From contig OX597841.1 of the NCBI GenBank assembly GCA_951406725.2, forward strand, positions 14,012,001 to 14,076,000: a DNA stretch of 64,000 nucleotides, given 5' to 3'. Under the pieces are notes generated by a model that had not been told where the DNA came from, did not search any database, and worked only from the letters and a program-made list of their open reading frames with translations. Both the position numbers and the translations under genes were made by a program. This DNA is from Octopus vulgaris (taxonomy: Eukaryota). This document shows positions 15,377 to 31,251 of the stretch, piece by piece. How positions within the stretch are numbered: the first letter of the stretch is position 1; the number at the start of each line of letters is the position of its first letter.

Positions 15377-16039
15377 CGCACACTCACATACACAAACACA
15401 CATACACATGTACATATATATACACACATATACCCACACATAAACATACATATATATATAAAGAGAGACTCACATACACACACACACACACATACATACA
15501 TATATACACACACATACATATATACACACACACACACACATGCAGGAAATATGCCACAGACCATATGTCTGTCTGGTTTATTAACACTGACACAATTACT
15601 TCAGTTTATACACGACTCCACATGTTCAGGTGTGTGTGTGTGTGTGTATGTGTGTGAGTATGTGTCTGTGTATTAATATGAACCTATAAAAAGGGTTTTC
15701 GCATAATAGATAAATATTTTTGTATGTGTGCATATATATATATATATCATCATCATCGTTTAGCGTCCGTTTTCCATGCTAGCATGGGTTGGACGGTTCT
15801 ACTGGGGTCTGTGAAGCCAGAAGGCTTCATCAGGCCCAGTCAAATCTGGCAGTGTTTCTACGGCTGGATGCCCTTCCTAACGCCAATATATATATATATA
15901 TTGGGTTGGCAACTAAGTTCCTGCAATACAAAAAGGGACAAAAAATCATCCAGACAGACAACATAAAGAAAACAAGGACGGGCCATTCGAAGCTTTCTTT
16001 CCTCAGTCAAGCACCAGATTATCCTTGCAATTTCGGCTG

Positions 16040-16075
<36 letters not shown>

Positions 16076-16564
16076 AATATAAATAGAAATCAAATTCGAT
16101 GACTGGCATCCGTGCTAGTGGAGCACTAACAGAACCATACGAGTGAGATCGGGGACAGAGCAACAAGCTGGCCTCTGAGCCGATGGCACGTTAAAAATAC
16201 CATTTGAGCATGATCGTCTTACCAGCGTCGCCTTACTGGCACGTGAAAAAACATTCAAGCGAGGTCGTTGCCAGTGTTGCTGGACTGGCTCCTGTGCAGG
16301 TGGAACATAAAAAGCACCATTTGAGTGTGGCCGTTGCCAGTACCGCCAACTGGCCCTCGTGCAGGTGGCATGTAAAAAGCACCCACTACACTCTCGGAGT
16401 GGTTGGCGTTAGGAAGAGCATCCAGCTGTAGAAACTCTGCCAGATCAAGATTGGAGCCTGGTGCAGCCATCTGGTTCGCCAGCCCTCAGTCAAATCGTCC
16501 AACGCATACCAGCATGGAAAGCGGACGTTAAACAATGATGATGATGATGATGATGATTTGTATG

Positions 16565-16622
<58 letters not shown>

Positions 16623-17415
16623 CATACACATGCACATACCTACATTCTCTCCACCCACACACGCACATGCACCCCTCTCCAATCACTTAACCCTTCCCCC
16701 CCACATTGGTCTCCAATTACTTCTTGACTGATCAGTGACTGGTGATGACTAATGACTTTCCTTGCATTGTTCACACAAACAGGCCACGAGTAAAGGAAAG
16801 CGTTTAAGGTATGCAGAAGGATAATGGCTGCCAGGTTGTATGGTTAATTAGAGCTTAGTAATTAACAGAGCTAATTAAGAACAACACATGCAATCTGGTC
16901 TGGACCTAATTAACAGCTGCTGATTCTATAGGGAATGATGAGTTGATTAGTTTCTTCCTATATATATATATACACTCATTTGATGATGGTGTGTTGATGT
17001 TTAAATCTACACACACACATGCATATTACATACATACACACACCTCTATCTAGCTATCTGTCTGTCTGTCTATCAGTTGATCTACCTGTCTATTTATCTA
17101 CCTGTCTGTCTACCTGTCTATCTATCTATCTATCTATCTGTCTGTCTACCTGTCTATCTATCTATCTATCTGTCTATCTGTCTATCTATCTATCTATCTG
17201 TCTGTCTACCTGTCTATCTATCTATCTACCTTTCTGTTTGTCTATCTATCTATCTACCTATCTATGTATGTATGTATCTATCTGTTTATTTATCTGTCTG
17301 TCTGTCTGTCTCTCTCCTTTTGTATCTATCATAATAATCATTATCACCATTTAACAGTTGTTTTCCATACTGGCATGGGTTGGATGGTTTAACAGGAGCT
17401 GGCCAGGTTCATTCC

Positions 17416-17447
<32 letters not shown>

Positions 17448-18859
17448 TAATATCAGGGTAATAAATATTTTAGAAATTTTTACTACCAGTGACCTAGTGT
17501 AAAGAAAAATTAGTCAATAGACTATATATATATATATACAGTTGCGGCCAAAATGTTCACAACGGCATTGTTTTCGTCAGAAAAGTAAGTATAAGTAGTT
17601 TTATATTCTATAATTTTCACAGACAATAAATACAATATTAATTGTTATTGTCTGAGATTTTGGTGTAATTTGGGAGGATAATACAAAAGTTATTTAAACA
17701 CATTAAGAGGTTTCCATCATAGGAATCCTTCATGCTAGAAAGAACAGCTAAAGTCCAAACCACTAATTAGGGATAAATTCTCGAAGGGATGAAAAATAAA
17801 AACATTTACCATCTCTTTCCTGGACTATGGTTTCTGTCTTATTTTAGTAAATAAAATAATTTACCAAGCGAAGTCTTCATCAACAGAGACGCTAAGATTA
17901 AATATATAAAAACATGTTTATATATTTAATCTTGTACAACTGGTACTTAATCTATTGACCCCGAAAGGATGAAAAGCAAAGTCAACTTCAGCAGAATTTG
18001 AACTCAGAACATAGCAGCAGATGAAATATCGCTAAGCATTTTGCCCAGCATGCTAACGATTCTGCCAGCTCACTGCCCTATAAGGAATTAATAATGCCAA
18101 ATACATCGAGAACATCTTTGATCTGTTTTTTGTTTGTTCCTTCTCGAGCCATGCCTGGCTCATAAGGGATGGTTTCCCAGTTTCCTTGGCGTATAGGTTC
18201 CCCACCTGGACGGGACGCCGGTCCATCGCAGGTGAGCTGCAAGATCCAGGAGGAAAGAGTGAGAGAAAGTTGTGGCGAAAGAGTCAGCAGAAGTTTCGCC
18301 ATTACCTTCTGCCGGAGCCGCGTGGAGCTTAGGTGTTTCACTCATAAACACACACATCGCCCGATCTGAGATTCGAACCCGCGATCCCTTGACCGCGAGT
18401 CCGCTTCTCTAACCACTAGGCCATGAGCCTCCACCCTTTGATCTGTTTTGGAAACATGAAACTCATAAACACACACATCACCCGGTCTGAGATTCGAACC
18501 CGCGATCCCTCGACCGCGAGTCCGCTGCTGTAACCACTAGGCCATGAGCCTCCACCCTTTGATCTGTTTTGGAAACATGAAACATGAAGTATGGAGAAAT
18601 ACTGTAAAAGATTGCTTTTATTTACAATAACACAGAGGTAAGTTATCACACCAATATAGATCTGATATCAAAATGGTGTCCAAAGGTTATCACACAATGA
18701 TGTCTTCTTTCGTGTGTGAATACATTTGTGGGTTTTATACAATAATCTCTTGACTCTCACAATAAGTGAAAATCCACAAAATAGAAACAGTACTGTACTT
18801 ATTTTTATTTATTTTTTAAAAATTTTTATCTAGTTTCAGCTCACGAGCTGTGGCCATGC

Positions 18860-19220
18860 TGGGGCACCGCCATTTGCTGTTGTTACATGATTTTACTTCA
18901 CGAATGCTTTTTAGCAATTGCCATTTGGTGCATGAGAGTGTTCGATGCAGCTGCCCTCATCTGCACCTCCTGCCGTGAAGTTGGTTCATCTGGGACACCT
19001 GACAGGAAGAGATCCAGTTTCATTTTAAAGACATCTGCATCCACCCCATGCAGGTCCCTCAGGTTCTTCAGCAGGATATAGAAGAGCTGTGGGCCTCGGA
19101 AGCCCAGGCTACCACAGTATCTTGTCCTACATCTTGATGGCAAATTTGGAGTCCTAGGCACCACGCAGTGGCGCCTAGTTCTGGCATTTGCGTAACTCTC
19201 GATGCCAAAGTTTGGGACAA
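18860..19220 (-). mobile_element. CR1-like LINE 3' fragment
   Basis: SLGFRGPQLFYILLKNLRDLHGVDADVFKMKLDLFLSGVPDEP. Confidence 0.75.
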
Positions 19221-19486
19221 GTCAATTTTTTTCATTATTTTTATAATTTGTTTATATTTGTTTTATTATAAATTCAAAACAATACCATGGAGGAATCAAC
19301 ATAAGCTTGAATAATAAACTGCGATGGATGAACTTGAAATTTCGAAAAACATTTTGATGTGTGTCAGAATGATTGTGTAAATGCTCACGATTTTTCTTTC
19401 CGTTCAATTTGCGATTTAATCTTAATTTAGACACTCTGAAAAGTTTGTGTATATATGTATGTATGTATATTTGTGTGGAGTAATTT

Positions 19487-20275
<789 letters not shown>

Positions 20276-21482
20276 TTAGAAAAAACTTATTCTTTTACGC
20301 TGTGTCTTACATTTAACATGGTACCCAGTAAATTTATTTGCCATAATTTCTCATTTTTCACCTCAAAAATATGAACATTTTTCCTAGTTTCCGTTATTTT
20401 TTTTTTTATTCCCAACAAATAATTCTACGGCCTTATTTCCATCAATTGTGGTCGTCATGGGAATCTGGTGGTGCGAAAAAACTCCTTGGTAAATTTGTCC
20501 AGATTTAATTAAAATACAAAACCATTTTGTATGGTGCCACGTAAAAAACACCCACTACACTCACAGAGTGGTTGGCATTAGGAAGGACATCCAGCTGTAG
20601 AAACCTTGCCAGATCAGATTGGAGTCTGGTGCAGTCTCCCGGCTTGCCAGTCCTCAGTCAAACCGTCCAACCCATGCCAGCATGGAATGTGGATGTTAAA
20701 CAACGACGTCTGCGATCTTGTATGCATACACTCAAGACAACAAAGTAGAGGAATTTTATAATTAATTTTAGTTAATGAGGAAATATTTCGCAGTAAATCT
20801 TCCGTGGATTTATAGATGCTTGGTTTAAATGGGTTTCATAGCATGGCGGCTTGATTAGAGAATCCACTGAAGTAAAACCTCTTCATTAGGCTGATGCCAT
20901 CGTCTGTTAATCTGAAATGATAAAGAAACAGGAGATATGAATGGAGTATTCAATAAATAGGATATACCATAGTTTAACGTGTATATAGGCACAGGAGTGG
21001 CTGTGTGGTATGTAGCTAGAAATAGGTATTTGATAAAGAAATAGGTATGTAGCTTGCTTACCAACCACATGGTTCTGAGTTCAGTCCCACTGCGTGGCAC
21101 CTTGGGCAAGTGTCTTCTGCTATAACCTCGGGCTGACCGAAACCCTGTGAGTGGATTTGGTAGACGGAAACCGAAAGAAGCCAGTCGTATATATGTGTGT
21201 GTGTGTGTTTGGGTCTGTGTTTGTCCCCCAACATCGCTTGACAACTGATGCTGGCGTGTTTACGTCCCCGTCACTAAGCGGTTCAGCAAAAGAGACCAAT
21301 AGAATAAGTACTAGGCTTACAAAGAATAAGTCCTGGGGTCGATTTCCTCGACTAAAGGCGGTGCCAAAATTTGAAATCAATCTTTTGGCACACATTGTGC
21401 CATATGTATTAATTTTAGTACAAAAATTTTTTATTAGTCCCCTTTTTCTCACACTTTCTGTTGCTTCCATTAAATTATTTAA

Positions 21483-21893
21483 GGATCTTTTCGGTTTGAC
21501 AGGCAGGTTTTTCTAGCGGTGTCATATGAAATTGTTACCCATAATTATGACCTTAGTATCGATCTATTGCATTTCAATCTGTTTTAGGGTTAGGGGTGGG
21601 GGGAAGGGTATCTTTTTTCTTCACAAATGTAAATAAACCCAATCTGTTTCTTAAACAAGGGACATATTCATACGGCACAGAATGTTTTCACCTCAATAGA
21701 CGTCAGTGATTGGTTGAAATTGCAGAAATTGAAGAAAAAAAACATCAAATATCTTACAAACTATAGAATTTTCTCAATAAAGCCAAGAGAAAAAGATGTT
21801 TTATTTGACACATTCTACCAGAATACGAAGTTTAAAAGTGTTTAGTTACGTGGAAATTATGTTAAAAAACTGCCGTTCAAACCGAAAAGATCC
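21483..21893. mobile_element. MITE with ~30-bp TIRs and 11-bp TSD (Mutator-like)
   Basis: GGATCTTTTCGGTTTGA ... TCAAACCGAAAAGATCC; exact direct repeat AAATTATTTAA at 21472-21482 and 21894-21904. Confidence 0.85.
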
Positions 21894-22701
21894 AAATTAT
21901 TTAATGTTACTGCTCTAATTCCGAATCAATTTCCTTTCAAATTTTTTAAGCACCTAAACAGAAACTGACATTAAGAAATACAAAAACTTTCTCTTTCTAT
22001 TCAATATTAAAATGTGGGAAATACGAAAAATTGGAATGGTGTAGCAAAAACAAAACGAAACATTTACGTAAAACCGTTAAAAACATTTATTTTATGCCAC
22101 AGTGGATACATCAAAGAAGATGCAGCTATAACGTAGATGTAGTGTTTGTGATTTAAGAACAAAGCCTGCAATATCAGGACAGGAGTTTCTTCACTGGGAC
22201 TTAATTATAACGACCTCGGGAGGGAATGAATAATGGTAAGGTTGGTTTCTGCAGGATATGAACTCAAATACTAGAAATTACGATTCAGTTATGAGATTTC
22301 GGCCAAGGAGGAAAAGAAGGGGGGCAACCAAGAAAGAACAGAAAGCGCATTGTGGTCAGTGATTTATAACAACATCAGACATTCAGCTAAGATCGCTTCT
22401 CAACTACATGGTTCCAGGTTCAGTCCCGCTGCGTGGTACTTTGGCCAATTGTCTTCTACTATAGCCTTGGGCTGACCGAAGCCTTGTGAGTGGATTTGGT
22501 AGACGGAAACTGAATGGTAGAATTATACTTCACGCGCGACATATAATCCCTCATAACTTAATTTAAACGACTATGCAAAAATTATCTGAAAATCACCCCC
22601 AAAATAAAGAAGTTATGAGGGGTTTATATGCCCTGAAAAAAACAGAACTCCACCAGCTGAAAGAAGATCGTCGTGTGTGAGTGTGTGTATGTATGTATGT
22701 G

Positions 22702-22750
<49 letters not shown>

Positions 22751-23029
22751 TGTGTATGTGTCTGTTGCCACCTACCATTGCATGACATCCGGTATTGGTG
22801 TATTTACGTCCCCCGTAACTTAGCGGTTCGACGTAAGACACGATAGAATTAGTACGAGGCTTCTAAAGAAATATTAAAGATATTTCGGCATACCAAAAGA
22901 ACTCCCAACCACATGGTTCCAGGTTCAGTCCCACTGTGTGGGACCTTGAGCAAGTGTCTTCTGCTATGACCACGGGCCGACCAAAGCCTTGTGAGTGGAT
23001 TTGGTAGATGGAAACTGAAAGAAGCCCGT

Positions 23030-23168
<139 letters not shown>

Positions 23169-25033
23169 GTATTTGTGTCCCACCATCGTTTGATGTTGGT
23201 GTGTTTACGTCTCCGTAACGTAGCGGTTCGACAAAAGGGACAGATAGAATAAGTACTAGGCTTACAAAGAATAAGTTCTGGGGTCGATTTGCTCGACTAA
23301 AGGCGGTGCTTCAGCATGGCCGCAGTCAAATGACTGTAAAAATTTACCCGAATATACGCGTGTGTGTGTGTGTCCCTATGAAACGGAATATGTCAGAAGA
23401 TGTCTAAGTAATTAGGAATTAAATAAATGTGGACGATGACAATATATAAATATATATTTAGAGATATAAATAATACTTACATATTCACATTTAGCCCCAG
23501 GACACAGGATCCAAAGAAGACGAGATCGGATCAGGAGTCTTTACAGGAAAATAAGTTGGATTCACACTTTGAAAATAATAATAATGAAACGATTTATATT
23601 TTACGCGGTCAACTAATTATCATTCGTCATCTATAATTAATTGGATCGTCTTAAATAGTTGTTAAAAGACCGGATCAGATGAAGTAATTAAGAAAGGAGG
23701 AAGTGCCCGTCGGGGAAAAGAATGAAAGAGATTTGTGGGCGGGGGAGAGTAATAACAGCGAGTGTGTCAGGGGAAGTAACTCTATTTTATCTTCATTACT
23801 CACGCCGGGCGAGATGCTTTGCGGTATTTCGTCTGCTGTTACGTTCTGGGTTCGAATTCCACCGAGGTCGACTTTGCCTTTCATTCTTTCGGGGTCGATT
23901 AAATAATAAGTACAAGTTACGCACTGGGGTCGATATAATCGACTTAATCCGTTTGTCTGTCCTTGTTTAGTAAAGAAATAGGCATTTCATCTGCCGCTAC
24001 GTTCTGAGTTCAAATTCCACCGAGGTCGACTTTGCCTTTCATCCTTTCGGGGTCGATTAAATAATAAGTACCAGTTACGCACTGGGGTCGATATAATCGA
24101 CTTAATCCGTTTGTCTGTCCTTGTCTGTCCTTGTTTGTCTCCTCTGTGTTTAGCCCCTTGTGGTTAGTAAAGAAATAGGTCTGGTGCTGTATTAAATTAC
24201 GCCAGGGACTTCTCACATATAACACCGCTTTCATTCAAACAAGAAAATCCTCAACGGCACCGCCTACTAATTAGTCGAGTTAATTTAATTAATGACTTGT
24301 TTAGTAATTATCTCCCGCTCAAGTGAACGTTAATGTTTGTAGCTAAGACGAAGTCGACCTCCAAGTGTTCTTGGGTCGGTATGTTCCATCGAACTTATCA
24401 TTAAATATTTTATTTCATCACAGAAATTAACATCGTTAATTAATTTGTTCCCTGTTTTGCAGAAACGGCGGGAAATGACTTTTAATCAACAACAACAAAT
24501 CAATCTTAAATTCTTTACTTCGAATCAAACATTTTCCTCCTGGTGAGTAGAAAAGGTATCTAAATTTTAATGTGTTCCAGGTGTGTAAAGAGAAGATTTC
24601 CGTAAAAATTTTTTTTTTTTTTACATATGGGCTTACGGGAACTTTTGAAGTAATGAGAGCGAAAGAGACTAAGAGAAAGCGATTGTATGACGAGGGAAGT
24701 TCTTTTGAAGTTACCGTCCAGGGGAAGCATTGATGTACATGTACATGTGTGTGTGTGTGTTTGATGGGGTGTGGGAGACAGACAGTATGTTGTGTAAGTG
24801 AAGTGCTTCTGTTAGTGTGTGTGAAGAGACAGAGTAATGTGTGAAAGAGAGAGATAACTGAAATTTTTTACTCGGTGTATGTGTATATGTATGTATGCAT
24901 GTATGTATGTATATTTGTGTGTGTATATGTATGTATATTACTTCAAAAGTTCCCACAAGCCCATATGTAAAAAAAAAAATTTTTTTTACGGAAATCGACG
25001 GAAAGGTCTACTAGAGACGAAAGATCGCCAGTC

Positions 25034-25349
<316 letters not shown>

Positions 25350-26009
25350 TTGGTCTCGCTGACGGATATCTGGGTAATCGTCATTATTTACCATAAGCTT
25401 TTTCCATGCTTGCTTGCACAAGCTTCAGTACAAGATTACTCACTAAAATGTTTGGTGGGCCATGAAGACGCTTTGAACATTCTCCTACAAAACTGAGTCA
25501 ATTTCATTTCTGCACTTATGCTTGCATAGGTCAGGCAAGATATTTCTATGGTTGGATACTGTTCCTGTCGCCAACCCCGGCCTGTTTCCAAACATATTTT
25601 ATTATATTTCGCTTCCACCTGGATATGTTGTCGTTATACGTGGCCAATATGAATCGAATGTGTCTGTTTTTCTCCTCTCTTCGCAAGCTTCAATACAGAG
25701 CTTCTGTAATCAATTATTTATGAATGCTGCAGAACTAATTCGTGACCAACTTAAATATTCTGTAGTGAAATAAAAGTTAGTATTAAATGTTCACAGGGTG
25801 TCGTTACATCATTCACGCAGGGTCTCCCATTCATGTAACTAACCAGCAACACCTGAAAGAGTAGGATCACAAATACAAGCAACTAAATTGGAGTTAAGGG
25901 GTCTCTGAAGTAAGATCCTTCAACAGGGTGCATGGTTCTGAGATCAGGGTGTATTTGTAGTGTGCAGGTTAGCTGCCTTATTTCTTTTTCTGAAAACCCA
26001 ACCTTATCC

Positions 26010-26570
26010 AGATTGTCCCTTATGAAATTTTGCGTTAAACTTGGGAACTCTGCTACAGAGACATCGAGAATGCTTCGGCAAGGTTACGGCGATGGGGTAA
26101 TGGGTCGTACATAATGTTTTGCGTGGCACAGGTGCTTCAAAAGTGGAAGACAATAAGCGATCTCGAAGACCTGCCACAAGCGTCACCCCCCGGAAATGTG
26201 GTATCGGGCATCAAGAATTTGTCCCCTAGGGGCCAGGCCATCAATCAAAAGTTCTACTGTGATGTTTTGAAGTGTTTAAAGGAGGACAATCAATGAAAGC
26301 AACCGGATCTATGGAGTGCAAAGAACTGGATTCTTTCCAAATGACAATGCACCTTGCCATTGAGTTCTCCTCATTTGTGAGTTTCTCGCCAAAAACAACA
26401 TGGGATCCCTTCTGCACCTACCCTTAATCACCAGGTTTAGCACCTGTAGACTTCCATCTCTTCTCCGAAGGTCATCCAAAGCAAATTACAGAAGGCCCTT
26501 GACTTATTTATGGAAAACACCTTCCAGACTAGATTCCAAACGTGGCAGGAAACACTGCGACCGATATATT
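26010..26570 (+). mobile_element. Decayed mariner transposase
   Basis: MKFCVKLGNSATETSRMLRQGYGDGVMGRT*CFAWH, GQAINQKFYCDVLKCL, DNAPCH and a degraded HPPYSPDLAP-like motif, with stops and frameshifts. Confidence 0.8.
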
Positions 26571-28255
26571 CTTTTCTACAAGGCCTGAAATTTTGGGGGA
26601 CGGGGCCAGTTGGTATTTAATTTATCGACCCCGAAAGGATGAAAGGCAAAGTCGGCCTTAGCAGAATTTGAACTCAGAATGTAAAGACAGACGAAATCCC
26701 GCTAAGCATTTCGCCCAGTGTGCTAACATTCCTGCCAGCTCACCACCTTACCCTGAGATTGGTATATTGCTGCAAAAGGTGACCATTTCAAAGGAAATGA
26801 TGTAAAAAAATTAGGTAAATAAGTTGGTTTTTTTTTTATTAAACATGACTTTAGACGTAAGAGTGGCTGTGTGGTAAGTAGCTTGTTTACTAACCACACG
26901 GTTCCGGGTTGTCCCACTGCATGGCACCTTGGGCAAGTGTCTTCTGCTATAGTCCCGGGCTGACCAATGCCTTGTAAGTGGATTTGGTAGACGGAAACTG
27001 AAAGAAGCCTGTCGTATATATGCGTGTGTGTGTTTGTCCCCCTAGCATTGCTTGACAACCGATGCTGGTGTGTTTACGTCACCGTAACTTAGCGGTTCGG
27101 CAAAAGAGACCGATAGAATAAGTACTGGGCTTACAAAAGAATAAGTCCCGGGTTCGAGTTGCTCGACTAAAGTCGGTGCTCCAGCATGGCCGCAGTCAAA
27201 TGACTGAAACAAGTAAAAGAGTAATAACTTTAGGCGTAGGAGTGGGTATGTGGTAAGAGTTACTTCCCTTAGCATTAACACCAAAAATAGTCTTCAAACG
27301 GTTTTGTTCCTCTTCCACCAGACCCAGCTGGAGCATCTCTTCGTCGTCCCTGATACTGCCTTTTGGACCCTGGTCCTGTTCTTCTCGGAGGCTGGGAGCT
27401 GTTTTATTACACACACACACACATACTTGTTTATTTGTTTCAGTCATTTGACTGCGGCCATGCTGGAGCACCGCCTTAAATCGAGCAACTCAACCCCGGG
27501 ACTTATTCTTTTGTAAGCCCAGTACTTATTCTATCGGTCTCTTTTGCCGAACCGCTAAGTGACGGGGACGTAAACACACCAGCATCGGTTGTCAAGCAAT
27601 GTTGGGAAGACAAACACAGACACACATACATATATATATATATATACGACAGGCTTCTTTCAGTTTCCGTCTACCAAATCCACTCACAAGGCTTTTGTCG
27701 GACCGAGGCTATAGCAGAAGACACTTGCCCAAGGTGCCACGCAGTGGGACTGAACCCGGAACCATGTGGTTGGTTAGCAAGCTACTTACCACACAGCCAC
27801 TCCTATATATATTCAAAAGAATTTCTCGGTGCCCCAGCATGGCCACAGCTCATGAGCTGAAACTAGAATCAATCAATCAATCAATCAAACAAAAATATGA
27901 ACATTTTCTCAAATTTTTTTGTTTATTGCTTTTCTATAAATGTATTTTATTTTATTTTATTTTTCTACTCAAATGTATTTTATTAATAATTTATTCAGCA
28001 ATTTGGCTGTTGCAAATAAGAAAAATATATAACCCTTGGAAAATAGAAAACCAGACTTGAACAGCAGAAAGAGGAGGAGGAGAGAAGTGGTGGGAGTGAG
28101 TAAGGAGAGAAGGGGAGGGGAAAGAAACGGTGAAGGCAGGAAGAACTTCTGTGTCTACTTAGATCTGCATCAAAAAAAGGGGCCACGAGAGCCAATAACT
28201 CCCATCTCCCCTGATTATATAAATCTATACACTTATGTATATAATATACATACAC

Positions 28256-28294
<39 letters not shown>

Positions 28295-28319
28295 ATGTGG
28301 AGGCGCAATGGCCCAGTGG

Positions 28320-29265
28320 TCTGTGTCTCTTTCAATTAATTTTAAATATAACAAAGAGTTTAGTAAAATAACTTAGTTATCATTAAACAAGTGTTAGGAA
28401 CATAAATTGTGACTAAGGTTTGGTGGAAGATTTTAATTCAAAACTTATGAAAACAAGACATTTGTACAACAGGGCCAGGGGTAGTTTCAGCCGGGTTGGC
28501 AACGAAAGGGTTAAACACACATCTACATTTGGGCAGATGCACATTAGAAGCAGTTGGAAGGGTGTGGATTGAAGGAAATTTAGGCTATTATTTCTAGCAT
28601 ATACAGTGACCACATTGAGGTCTCCTTCTCTCATGTCTTCTGCTGATTATTTTTCTTCTTAACCCTTTTGTTACCATAATACTGTTGAGATGCTCTGTGT
28701 TTCTTTCAATTACTTTTAAATATAAACAAAGAATTTAGTAAAATAACTTCGTCATCATTCAGCTAGTGTTAGGAACATAAATTGTGACTAAGGTTTGGTG
28801 GAAGATTTTAATTCAAAACTTATGAAAACAAGACATTTGTACTACAGAGCCAGAGGTGGTTTCGGCCGGGTTGGTAACGAAAGGGTTAAACACACATCTA
28901 CATTTGGGCAGATGCACATTAGAAGCAGTTGGAAGGGTGTGGATTGAAGGAAATTTAGGCTATTATTTCTAGCATATACAGTGACCACATTGAGGTCTCC
29001 TTCTCTCATGTCTTCTGCTGATTATTTTTCTTCTTAACCCTTTTGTTACCATAATACTGTTGAGATGCTCTGTGTTTCTTTCAATTACTTTTAAATATAA
29101 ACAAAGAATTTAGTAAAATAACTTAGTCATCATTAAGCTAGTGTTAGGAACATAAATTGTGACTAAGGTTTGGTGGAAGATTTTTATTCAAAACTTATGA
29201 AAACAAGACATTTGTACTACAGAGCCAGAAGTGGCTTCAGCCAGGTTGGCATCGAAAGGGTTAAG
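28320..29265. repeat. ~375-bp tandem duplication (about 2.5 units: MITE + spacer)
   Basis: Near-identical units offset by 375 bp. Confidence 0.85.
28663..28885. mobile_element. piggyBac-like MITE
   Basis: TTAA|CCCTTTTGTTACC ... GGTAACGAAAGGG|TTAA; further copy 29038-29260; fragments at ~13520, 13685, 40320-40428, 44600. Confidence 0.8.
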
Positions 29266-29389
29266 CATTTTGCTCAAGAATACAAGGCACCACCCGGTCT
29301 AGGAACTGAAACTATGACCTTGCGATCATGAGGGCAGCACTCTGTCCACTAGACCATACGTCCTCAATATATATATATATATATATATT

Positions 29390-29573
29390 CAAATATAAGA
29401 GAGTGTCCACTGTGTGGTCGACTCTTGCGCTAAAAATAGATCCGCTATGGTCTCATAGTTTACGCTCATAGTTGTGCAAATTCTCCTTGGGAACAATTCT
29501 TGGTGGTTGAGGCCATAGCGGATCTATTTTTAGCGCAAGAGTCGACCACATAGTGGACACTCTCTTATATTTG
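29390..29573. repeat. Inverted repeat (~65-bp arms) in (TA)n context
   Basis: caaatataagagagtgtccac...ctatggtctca paired with tgaggccatag...gtggacactctcttatatttg. Confidence 0.8.
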
Positions 29574-30339
29574 TGTATAATTTTTATTGTATCCCTGGTT
29601 TTTATGCGCTAAGCCACTTGGTGTTAAATTGATGGTATTATTAAATTAATATCCAATTTTTTCACCCTTATTTTTGATATATATATGTATGTATGTATAT
29701 TAATGTGTGCGTATAAAATCTGGTCCCTTACTACCAGCCCACACTCCACCACCACCACTTAAGTCTCTCTCCATTCAAAAGTTCCCTGATTTATCTCCCC
29801 GCCCCCATCCCCGTTCCCCTGGAATACATTCAGAATAAAATGAACAACAACCCCCACCAAAAATATATATTAGTTAGTTCCATTATTTAGCCCAGTTTTC
29901 AAATGCCTTCAAAAGTTCAGAACTGGACCCTATGCAAATCAGAAGTTCCCGCCCCCTTTAAGTTTGAGGACCCATCATAATCCCCATCGTTGTCATTGTA
30001 TTGTTGTAATTGCTGACCCCTCCTTATGTAAGTTTGACCTTGAGACCTGACCAAGACTGGTTAGCGGAGTAACAGCACTTGACCAGGAGGATAGACACAC
30101 ATCATGGGGATTTTAGAAACTTTGAGAGAACGTGAAATAATTTGTTTTTATAGTTGAACTCGAAGTAGATAAAGTTATAATTAATAGCATGTAGAATAAC
30201 GGGGTTAAAGAATTCCTCTGACTGCAAGAAAAACAACTTTTTCCTATCTAAAGGGATTTCCAACAGACTATGTAAATGCTATTTTATATATATATTTTAT
30301 GTGTATTTGTGTGTGCATGTATACAAACACAAGTATACG

Positions 30340-30596
30340 TACATATGCATATATATACACACATACATATGCATATATACATACATATATATATATATAC
30401 ACACATACATATGCATATATACATACATACATATACATATATACATACATACATATGCATATATACATACATATATATACATACATACATACATATATAC
30501 ACACATACATATGCATATATACATACATATATATATACACACATACATATGCATATATACATACATACATATGCATATATACATACATACATATGC

Positions 30597-30629
<33 letters not shown>

Positions 30630-31030
30630 CACACATACATATGCATATATACATACATATATATATACACACATACATATGCATATATACATACATATAT
30701 ATATATACACACATACATATGCATATATACATACATATATATATACACACATACATATGCATATATACATACATATATATATACACACATACATATGCAT
30801 ATATACATACATATATATATACATACATACATATGCATATATACATACATATATATATACACACATACATATGCATATATACATACATATATATATACAC
30901 ACATACATATGCATATATACATACATATATATACACACACATACATATGCATATATACATATATATATACACACATATACATATGCATATATACATATAT
31001 ATATACACACATATACATATATATATATGC
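30340..31030. repeat. ~34-bp minisatellite built from TA/CA repeats
   Basis: acacatacatatgcatatatacatacatatatat repeated. Confidence 0.85.
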
Positions 31031-31214
31031 ATATATATACACACAATTACACATGCATACATACATATATATATATATATATACATACATTCACATATGC
31101 ATGTGTGCATATATATATACACATACACATATATGCATATTCACAAACACACACACATATATATATATATAGATAAATATTTGCATAGGTCTACACATGC
31201 ATACATATGCAAGC

Positions 31215-31251
<37 letters not shown>

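Noticed and set aside
21585-21600. TTAGGG telomeric repeats
   Set aside because: Only two units, internal to a MITE
27262-27389. Possible minus-strand exon (PSLREEQDQGPKGSIRDDEEMLQLGLVEEEQNRLKTIFGVNAKG)
   Set aside because: Weak acceptor, no recognisable homology, wedged between SINEs; could be a TE fragment
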